Virus record (IMG/VR): IMGVR_UViG_3300044655_001189
Span: 6,114-70,113 of that record
Length of the DNA stretch: 64,000 nucleotides
DNA from: a virus
Reading direction: 5' to 3' (one strand)
This document shows, one piece after another, positions 8,621 to 15,531 of this stretch. Numbering within the stretch: the stretch's first letter is position 1; the number at the start of each line of letters is the position of its first letter. Position numbers and translations under genes: made by a program. The notes under the pieces were generated by a model. The model did no database searches. It had not been told where the DNA came from and saw only the letters and a list, made by a program, of their open reading frames with translations.

Positions 8621-9160
8621 TTAGAAGTATCTGCTACGTTTGAGAGGATGAGTTTTGGAGAGAGCATCGAAGTATGGTTCTCCTGTAACGCGGTCTACCT
8701 CATTTTTGCAGAGTTGGTAGTAGTCAGAATCAGAAAGATGCGGATGGTGAGCGATATGATTGCTGTGCTCCGTTTTAGAACGGGTGACAGAATCATTAGT
8801 GCCAATCCAAGGCTTGTGACTGGATAGGCGCTGGCCGCAAATTAAACAGATACGTAATGTATTCGGCTCTTCAAACAAAGGAATGCGCTCAAGTTTATCC
8901 CATTCAGAAACAGGAATACCAACTTGAAAGCGTTTGTCAAGACTATCCCATTTGACCATCCGAAGCTTTTTTTCATCAGCATCTGGAAGTTTAATGAAGA
9001 TGCTATCTGGAAAGTCAGGGTGCTTGCGCCCATCATACATTAGAGCAAGATGCTCTAATTCACGGTTAACATCAAATAGCTTGGATAGAAGCTCAGCTTT
9101 ACGGACATCTGCATTGTGAACGGCTGAGTCAAGGCTGATATGGAAATGGGATTGTTCCAT
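8621..9160 (-). CDS. hypothetical protein
   Basis: 179-aa ORF with a CLIC...H...H possible Zn site. Confidence 0.65.
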   Translation of the reverse strand: MEQSHFHISLDSAVHNADVRKAELLSKLFDVNRELEHLALMYDGRKHPDFPDSIFIKLPDADEKKLRMVKWDSLDKRFQVGIPVSEWDKLERIPLFEEPNTLRICLICGQRLSSHKPWIGTNDSVTRSKTEHSNHIAHHPHLSDSDYYQLCKNEVDRVTGEPYFDALSKTHPLKRSRYF

Positions 9161-9242
9161 GGTTGTAGATGCAGCGTTGTGAACCCGTTAGGGCAAGGCC
9201 ATTACGCTGCGGCCTTTGGTTGGTTAAGGGATAGTGAAAGAT

Positions 9243-9596
9243 TTAATGTGCATTACGACACGCTTGTAGTAAGCGTGTTGCATAAGGCAGTGCGTGGTAT
9301 TCACGCAGAAATTCCTCGGACAGTTGGCATCTGTGTACTGCCGTATATCCGATTGGTATAACCTCCAGAACACTTGTGATTATGTCCGCTTTAATCAGGG
9401 CTTGCAATATCCCTTCGTTTTCGGAGTAGTTCTTTATTATGGCTTGGTCAACATCTACAAAGCGGTCTATTACTACCGTTGCGGTCATAAAGTCCTCCCC
9501 TGTGGACTCTTCGTAAAGAGTAATATCCGTCAGGTGACGGTAGGTATCGCGGTACATGACAGCGATACAGGCGGTGTTTAAAAAGGTAATTTTCAT
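9243..9596 (-). CDS. hypothetical phage protein
   Basis: IIKNYSENEGILQALIKADII motif, a pattern I recognise from small phage proteins. Confidence 0.65.
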   Translation of the reverse strand: MKITFLNTACIAVMYRDTYRHLTDITLYEESTGEDFMTATVVIDRFVDVDQAIIKNYSENEGILQALIKADIITSVLEVIPIGYTAVHRCQLSEEFLREYHALPYATRLLQACRNAH

Positions 9597-9734
9597 TCGT
9601 TATGGTGTTGCTCTGAAACCTACATTTGAGTAGGAACGCCAGCATCTAAGTTTTTGGTTATGCCAATATTGGCTTTGCTCCCCTTGTCACATCGCTGTGA
9701 CTAACGCTCTCAGAGCAAGGGGAATTACTACGTT

Positions 9735-10058
9735 TTAGTTAATTGGGCTTAATATCCAATTAGATGCATCGCAGAAGTGAGGGTTACGAATAATAGCATA
9801 TTGAAAATTCAATATATCTTGCGCAAGTCTTGGACATTGAATGCGTCTAGCTTGGCAGGTCATTAGACGAAGCATACGAAGGGCAGTAGCAATGTCGAAT
9901 TCGTTGTTGATACCTAAGTAGCATTTGTTGAATTCAATTGCAATGATGTCGTAAGCTATGCCTCGTTTGCCGCTACGATAGGCAGAAGTGGAGGCTTTGA
10001 GTTGTTTGCGTGTGTAGTTAACAATCTCAGGACGGTTGGCAAATGGTACGTGTTGCAT
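9735..10058 (-). CDS. hypothetical protein
   Basis: 107-aa ORF in the early operon. Confidence 0.6.
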   Translation of the reverse strand: MQHVPFANRPEIVNYTRKQLKASTSAYRSGKRGIAYDIIAIEFNKCYLGINNEFDIATALRMLRLMTCQARRIQCPRLAQDILNFQYAIIRNPHFCDASNWILSPIN

Positions 10059-10185
10059 TGGTAAGAGTATTAGGCACTGTTTGATGATAGTGAGGTTCCG
10101 ACACTACATTGGATTGCTCACTGGTGGCTACTGTCACAGCAGTCATAGCTCCCTATGCTTTGTTTCCGTGGCATAGGGATAGGCG

Positions 10186-10407
10186 TTAGCCTTTGAAGAG
10201 AATGCGGTCAAGACGCGCATACTTTTCTTCTTTGGTTAATAATTCGGTGTTGATTACACGGTCAACACTTAGGCCTGCTGCCACAGCATCAGCAATAATT
10301 GCTTCATGCTTGCGTGGTTTGCGAGGTGGCGTGGTCAGGGTTTTGCCATATAGTATGACAGGTTCTGAAACACAGGTAATAGTGGTAATTCTGGGTCGCT
10401 TAGCCAT
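10186..10407 (-). CDS. hypothetical basic protein
   Basis: 73-aa ORF directly downstream of the hammerhead. Confidence 0.6.
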   Translation of the reverse strand: MAKRPRITTITCVSEPVILYGKTLTTPPRKPRKHEAIIADAVAAGLSVDRVINTELLTKEEKYARLDRILFKG

Positions 10408-10431
10408 TTGATGGTTTATTAAGCTTTGACG

Positions 10432-10504
10432 GTGTCTGCCATCATCAGTAATCAGGAAACACCCTGACTAGATCCACAATGCTTCACAGCAGGTGGATTT
10501 CGGC
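10432..10504 (-). ncRNA. type II hammerhead ribozyme with loop I pseudoknot
   Basis: Minus strand GCC-GAAA-UCCAC..GUGGA-UC^-UAGUCAGG-GUGUUU-CCUGAUUA-CUGAUGA-U-GGC-AGACAC. The full CUGAUGA/GAAA/UH core and three stems are present, and loop GUGUUU pairs with 3' AGACAC. Predicted cut between 10471 and 10470. Confidence 0.9.
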
Positions 10505-10510
10505 TTTTAA

Positions 10511-10936
10511 TTAGTAACTGTTTAGAAGTTCTTGGTATTCAGCGTGTACAATGCAGTTACCACAGTATGTGTGACCGTTGGTGTGCGTGTACAATGGGCT
10601 GAATGAACCTCTGCGCTCACATGCATAGCAGCGCACTTCAACAGGACGATTAGGTATGTGAACATAACCAACTACCCTTGGCATTGGCCTTGGCACTGCC
10701 ACAATAGGAGCTGGCTTAGCCACAGGCTTTTCAAGTTGACCATCTGCTATGTAGAAAGCAGATACAGCTGCAACGAATAGCGCAAGGAAACAGGCAATGC
10801 CTAAGCAGACTGTTGACTGCACCATTGGTATTAGCTGGAATGAGCCAAGCGTGGCTATCCAAACTAAGGTTAGTGAGAAGGTTGGTGCGATAGCGGCAGC
10901 TATCACATTGCGAACAAAGAAATACGTTGCTTGCAT
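10511..10936 (-). CDS. membrane protein with C-terminal Zn finger
   Basis: Two hydrophobic helices, a Pro-rich linker, and CYAC...CGNC. Confidence 0.65.
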   Translation of the reverse strand: MQATYFFVRNVIAAAIAPTFSLTLVWIATLGSFQLIPMVQSTVCLGIACFLALFVAAVSAFYIADGQLEKPVAKPAPIVAVPRPMPRVVGYVHIPNRPVEVRCYACERRGSFSPLYTHTNGHTYCGNCIVHAEYQELLNSY

Positions 10937-11024
10937 TGTTACTGGTGACGGTGTTTAGGCAGTCGTCGGCTGAGAGTGATAGTGAGTGTGCTATGACTAC
11001 GCACTATCGGGTTATGGTCTAAAT

Positions 11025-11093
11025 CACGGACTTGGAACCGTGTTGCTTCGTATGAAGCAAGGCCTTACAAGGGATGTTCTCCCTTGTCCTCGG
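11025..11093 (-). ncRNA. twister-like ribozyme, P5-type permutation, copy A
   Basis: Minus strand CC-GAGG-ACAAGGGA(GAACA)UCCCUUGU^AA-G-GCC-UUGCUUC(AUAC)GAAGCAA-CACG-GUUCCAAGUC-CGUG. Twister UAA, GAGG, GCC and L4 GUNCCAAG elements are present; stems covary with copy B. Confidence 0.75.
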
Positions 11094-11096
11094 TAA

Positions 11097-11351
11097 TTAG
11101 ATGGCGCAATACAGGAACTGCAATGAGTGATTGTTCTGGGCACAGACCCAAAGCAATTGTTCAATAGAGAATTCTTGCAACATGAACCATCGGTTGTCAG
11201 TCCGTGGCACATGAATGTGTGCTGTGTATCTGGCATCAGAGCGAGCCAGACCAAACTTCTCAGGGGTTTGCAATTCAAACCACTGTGAAACGTGGGTAAC
11301 ATTTAAGTCCTTGTCGTTACAAGGGCCTTGAGCAACAAAATGAAAGCGCAT
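11097..11351 (-). CDS. hypothetical protein (flanked by two twister-like RNAs)
   Basis: 84-aa ORF. Confidence 0.6.
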   Translation of the reverse strand: MRFHFVAQGPCNDKDLNVTHVSQWFELQTPEKFGLARSDARYTAHIHVPRTDNRWFMLQEFSIEQLLWVCAQNNHSLQFLYCAI

Positions 11352-11433
11352 GGTTTATCAATACCTATTCTTGGCTCGTAAGGATTTGAACGAGTTGCGT
11401 GGGTGATAGTGAAAGCCTCACTACGTGTTGATT

Positions 11434-11500
11434 ACTGGACTTGGAACCAGTCTGCCAATGCAGGGCCTTACAACCCACCACTACGGTGGGCTGTCCTCGG
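11434..11500 (-). ncRNA. twister-like ribozyme, P5-type permutation, copy B
   Basis: Minus strand CC-GAGG-ACAGCCCACC(GUAGU)GGUGGGUUGU^AA-G-GCC-CUGC(AUUG)GCAG-ACUG-GUUCCAAGUC-CAGU. Unpaired core identical to copy A, with different stems. Confidence 0.75.
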
Positions 11501-11926
11501 TTAATTGTTATTAGCCATATCAGTGTAGTACTGAATGATGCGGCTTTCTAAGCGATGGAAATGACCTTTGTTGCTTACTACATCAGCGAGGTCTGTCATG
11601 ACCATAGATTTGCCATCAGGTAATGGAAGCGTAGCTTTGACAACGATTAAATCAAAAGCATTAACTTCTCCTTCTGACATACTAGCTAAGGCAGCTTGTT
11701 GCAAAGAATGGAAGGACGTTTGTGGAGCACGATTCTTACGCTGTATCAACGTGTATAGCCTGCGTGCTGCTTGTATCTCGTAGTAAGCTGATACCAACGT
11801 GTCGGCCACTCCTAACTTGTAGGATGTAACCTTCACCTGACCATAACGAGGCGTGAACTTGTAAACAAGCGTTTTGCCATCTAATGCTACTACTCTTAAC
11901 TCATGGGTAACTGATGCGTTTGCCAT
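11501..11926 (-). CDS. hypothetical protein
   Basis: 141-aa ORF, first gene of the ribozyme-rich cluster. Confidence 0.65.
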   Translation of the reverse strand: MANASVTHELRVVALDGKTLVYKFTPRYGQVKVTSYKLGVADTLVSAYYEIQAARRLYTLIQRKNRAPQTSFHSLQQAALASMSEGEVNAFDLIVVKATLPLPDGKSMVMTDLADVVSNKGHFHRLESRIIQYYTDMANNN

Positions 11927-12502
11927 TTCTTACTGGGATGCTCTATAAACTCTTGCGAGAGGTCAAGCATCGAAACCTTTTGATTCATCGCACAGCAATA
12001 GGGTTACGCCACTACAGCGCATTACCTACTACCATGCAATTAAATTTGCTTTAACGAAAGGAAAGCTTTAGCTTTCGCACACGCGGATATTTACCACATA
12101 AGTAATGATACAACCAATATCAGATTGGATAATCACCGCTATTCAAGACATTACCATCATCGACAATACATCGGCTTGGTGATAGTGACCCTTCGGAAAC
12201 CCACGCTATACCTACGATTGATGCAATCAAATGTAATCAACCATGATACAGATAGCATAATAATAACTACTACTAATAGTATCTATATATATATATGTGT
12301 GCGAGAAAGATTTTGAATTGTATGTGTGAAATAATCACAGACTATATATCCAAAAAAAGGTGATGGGGGGGATAAACGGAAATGACGAATGGTACGGGGG
12401 TTGGTGGGATGTGTCCCTCCACAGAAGATACTCTTATATCCACGGGTAATACCCTTATGTATTCTGTAATGGTGTTACTCTAGTAGAAGAGCTTAGAACT
12501 CT

Positions 12503-12709
12503 TTATTTGATTTGGTCTTTAAGTGCTTTCTCTATGTTCCTACATGCTTTACAATCTGGGTTATCGCATAGGCTACAGTCGTCTAGGTTTTGCAGGAGTA
12601 AACCTTTGGCCACACAATACGTGAACATGACTGTATGATTTGGTGTAATAGGTTTGGCCATTAGGGACTTCATGAATGAGATCAGCTTCTCTTCTGTTAA
12701 CCTGTCCAT
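12503..12709 (-). CDS. small Cys-rich protein, paralogous to the C-terminus of 13862..14365
   Basis: LTEEKLISF...AKP...LCDNPDCKACRNIEKALKDQ. Confidence 0.6.
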   Translation of the reverse strand: MDRLTEEKLISFMKSLMAKPITPNHTVMFTYCVAKGLLLQNLDDCSLCDNPDCKACRNIEKALKDQIK

Positions 12710-12729
12710 TGCTTTTTAGTTTGAATCGT

Positions 12730-13092
12730 TTAATATAAACTTGCTATTTTTTCATTAATTCCATAATCAAGTAAGATGTATTTCTTGCCTTTTACCCCCC
12801 AATTTTGGGGATTACGTAAATCGCAGTTATCGAAATTAAATTCAAGAACTTTTGATTTAATACGTCTGATTACTAGGATTGGTATTGATTCAACGGCAGC
12901 ATATCTCTTCTGACATACAACACCCATGAACATCCATTTCAGTTCTGCTAATGGTGCTATATGCTTGTATTTATCCCAAATTCTTTTTTCATTAAGTCCT
13001 TGTAAATAACCTTTTCTACCTATAGGAATCTTGATAACTACATCATTAAATAGAATCACAAATCTCGTTGAATGTTTAAATGAAATCATCAT
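12730..13092 (-). CDS. minimal protein-kinase/APH-fold protein
   Basis: VVIKIP (catalytic Lys), conserved Glu in NEKRIW, DLRNPQNWG catalytic loop, LLDYG metal loop. Confidence 0.6.
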   Translation of the reverse strand: MMISFKHSTRFVILFNDVVIKIPIGRKGYLQGLNEKRIWDKYKHIAPLAELKWMFMGVVCQKRYAAVESIPILVIRRIKSKVLEFNFDNCDLRNPQNWGVKGKKYILLDYGINEKIASLY

Positions 13093-13288
13093 TTCACTTC
13101 GTGTATGTCTTTATAGAACAACCTCTGCTGCTTAACAGTAAATAGGAGTACGTGCACTGGTGTAGGTTCAATCACTTCTTTGCATACATGTGGTTCGTAT
13201 GCTACGATAGGGCAAAGTAAACAGCTAAGGTAGTAGGTAAGGAATAGGGTTTTCATTTTAGATTTATTTATAGTTTCTATGGATTGAA

Positions 13289-13801
13289 TTATTTATTCCA
13301 ATGATTATTTTCTTTCTCCCAACTAAATGTTAAGTCTTGAGTTTTGTCATTATAGTACTTACCGACAAAGTCACTTTTAAAAGCACTGCCTGTGTTTTCA
13401 AATAAAGTCAAGGTTTTCACCTTAATCTCAGGATAATTCTCAAAAATCCATTCAGTCAAGAAGTTATAGTTTCCTCCACGAATAACTCCTGCTTCAACTA
13501 ACAATAAAGTTTTGTCATTGAATCCGTGGTCATGAGTAAAAAAAGCATACACTAACTCCCGAATAAAATCTGAGTCCCAAGTCTGGTCAGGATAAGGCAC
13601 ATCAACTGAGAACCCATCTGCAATCTCTCCTTTGTAAGATAGGTTATGCCTAATAATCTGACCTACAATGCTAGAGTAATCACTAGAAACAGTAACTACT
13701 ATAGTATTGCTTGCATTAAAACCTTGCTCTAACACTTCAAAAGATAAGCTTTTTATTAAAGCTAATTCTACTTCTATTGGTATTAAATGTTCTTCTCTCA
13801 T
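13289..13801 (-). CDS. divergent phosphoribosyltransferase-fold protein
   Basis: TLLLVEAGVIRGGNY resembles a PRPP loop; VKTLTLF...SDFVG...FSWE resembles the XPRT/HPRT C-terminus. Confidence 0.5.
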   Translation of the reverse strand: MREEHLIPIEVELALIKSLSFEVLEQGFNASNTIVVTVSSDYSSIVGQIIRHNLSYKGEIADGFSVDVPYPDQTWDSDFIRELVYAFFTHDHGFNDKTLLLVEAGVIRGGNYNFLTEWIFENYPEIKVKTLTLFENTGSAFKSDFVGKYYNDKTQDLTFSWEKENNHWNK

Positions 13802-13861
13802 GATTCCTCTATTCTGGGTTCATTGAGCCGCCCAATGCTATATCGTGTATGTATATAAGAA

Positions 13862-14365
13862 TCATTTGCATTGTTCTTTGAGTGCATCTTCCAATCCCCT
13901 GCAGTTTTTGCAGTCTGAGTTATTGCACAGGTTAAATTGTTCGGATTGATATACGATGCCTTGGTCTATACATCCCGTAATTAGAATCATTGGTTTGGGT
14001 GCATCGGGTTTGGCCGTAATGTCTTGGAGGAATGACATCAGTTTCTCTACGGTCAGTTCACCTTCCACCGAACCGTATGGTGCTTTCTTATCCTCAATCT
14101 GATGGATAATGCCTTGACCTTGTTCTAAATTCTCAATATGCTGCTTGAGGGTCATACCATCAGGAACATCTTTGAGGTCGATTACTTTTTTATTGTTTGT
14201 TACATCTGGTTGAAAATGTGTACAACGACATTGACACCCTGCTAAGTGCTTTGAATTAACGAACCAACTAGTGCACCAGCCACTTGTAGTGCTATGTTCT
14301 TTCAATGTATGCCCACAAACGCATTCTGCGTCATTAGAATTGATTGCTTTTTTCTTGTCTGTCAT
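13862..14365 (-). CDS. Cys-rich multi-domain protein
   Basis: N-terminal CVCGH..EH...C...CQCRCTHF; C-terminal domain paralogous to 12503..12709. Confidence 0.65.
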   Translation of the reverse strand: MTDKKKAINSNDAECVCGHTLKEHSTTSGWCTSWFVNSKHLAGCQCRCTHFQPDVTNNKKVIDLKDVPDGMTLKQHIENLEQGQGIIHQIEDKKAPYGSVEGELTVEKLMSFLQDITAKPDAPKPMILITGCIDQGIVYQSEQFNLCNNSDCKNCRGLEDALKEQCK

Positions 14366-14817
14366 GATTTCTATTGATTAGTGTTTCTGTATCGTGTATG
14401 TGTATAAGCATCCCTTCCCTGTCATGTTAGACAGAGTTGCCAGAAGCTTGGTTCGAAAGCTATTGGCACGCTACATGTATCTCTTGACATCCCTGTTGGT
14501 GCTTGACTGTCCTCTCGATAAACTATCCTTTCGGTAGCATGACGTGACCAAGTTGACGGATGCTAAGTCAGAGCTTGGATTTGTGAGAGAGCGTGAGAAC
14601 TGTAACTGGTAACTACTCCGAGGTGGTTTGGACGTCTATCGTTTCAGTCCAGGGGTCAGAGTTTTAGAGCCACCCCTATTGTGTCATGGTACTGGTAGAA
14701 ATGAGAATCCCCCTAAGAAGCGACCACTCTTCTTTCGGGGGATTTCTTTTCGCTTGGATCTTGTAAACCCGTAGCTAAAGGTCTTTGGTGTGCAGGAGGT
14801 CGTTTGCTGCTATGGCA

Positions 14818-14825
14818 CAAATGTA
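14818..14825 (-). promoter_or_regulatory. Bacteroidota primary-sigma -7 promoter element (leftward)
   Basis: Minus strand TACATTTG matches TAnnTTTG at the strand switch. Confidence 0.6.
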
Positions 14826-14900
14826 AAAGTATTTTCCAGTCTTTAACACTTGTCCACTAAAAAGTCAGTTCGGGTGTAATTCTGTTTGAGAGTGGTGGGG

Positions 14901-14908
14901 TATGTTTG
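14901..14908 (+). promoter_or_regulatory. Bacteroidota -7 promoter element (rightward)
   Basis: TATGTTTG, 23 nt before ATG 14932. Confidence 0.6.
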
Positions 14909-14931
14909 CAGCCTAACCAATTCACAACTAA

Positions 14932-15531
14932 ATGGAAGTAGTTAAGGGTGCGGATAAACTGAAAAAAGAATCCGAAAAAGAAATGTTTGAGGACGGCCAG
15001 CCTGTGCTAAGTCCATCAGAGGTTGAAACAAAACAATCTCATGAAGCAGCGAAGCTTGCTATGGAGAAGTACAGGGCTAACCTGATTGAAGTGGCCAAAG
15101 AGTACGGCCAGCTTTATGTGATAGCTAGTAAGTATGGCGAGGAATCCTTGCTTGAGCACGCTTATGGAGTATGGCAAATTCTGTTGTACGTAGAGTGCGT
15201 TACTGGTGATATGACAGCCAAGACTCAAGCGGAAGCGCATGCGCATATTGGGGCGTACATCTCCGACAAGTTTGTGGCACTATGGCCCGTAGATGAAGAA
15301 ACCAAGAAGCCATTAGCTACTTTCATCAGCGCGGTACGTGGTGACTTGATGGCTTACGAAATGCGGTCAGGTAAAGCCACCGTATCGCTTATGGAAGTGT
15401 ACCACAATAGCCCGAAGGTGTTTACTCAAGACGTGGCCTTTGCTATTAGCCTTGCTAATCGTTTGACTATAACTGCTGGTCGATTGCACCGTGAGCGTAT
15501 GCTAGTGTTTAACCCAGAAGTCAAAAACTAA
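14932..15531 (+). CDS. hypothetical protein
   Basis: 199-aa ORF after a promoter. Confidence 0.7.
   Translation: MEVVKGADKLKKESEKEMFEDGQPVLSPSEVETKQSHEAAKLAMEKYRANLIEVAKEYGQLYVIASKYGEESLLEHAYGVWQILLYVECVTGDMTAKTQAEAHAHIGAYISDKFVALWPVDEETKKPLATFISAVRGDLMAYEMRSGKATVSLMEVYHNSPKVFTQDVAFAISLANRLTITAGRLHRERMLVFNPEVKN

Noticed and set aside
38-9581. Plus-strand ORFs in the left arm (e.g. 330-635, 2408-2917, 7672-8055)
   Set aside because: They are antisense shadows of well-supported minus-strand genes.
9607-9724. HDV/theta ribozyme or c-di-GMP riboswitch assignment
   Set aside because: Lacks the HDV L3/P1.1 and J4/2 catalytic C context and the GEMM consensus; kept only as an unclassified structure.
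11024-11302. 92-aa alternative-frame ORF running through twister copy A
   Set aside because: It overlaps the better ORF 11097-11351, lacks an ATG start, and the region is explained by RNA structure.
5609-12188. CRISPR-like array formed by the repeated boxes
   Set aside because: Repeats are only 8-12 nt, irregularly spaced and separated by genes; no cas genes.
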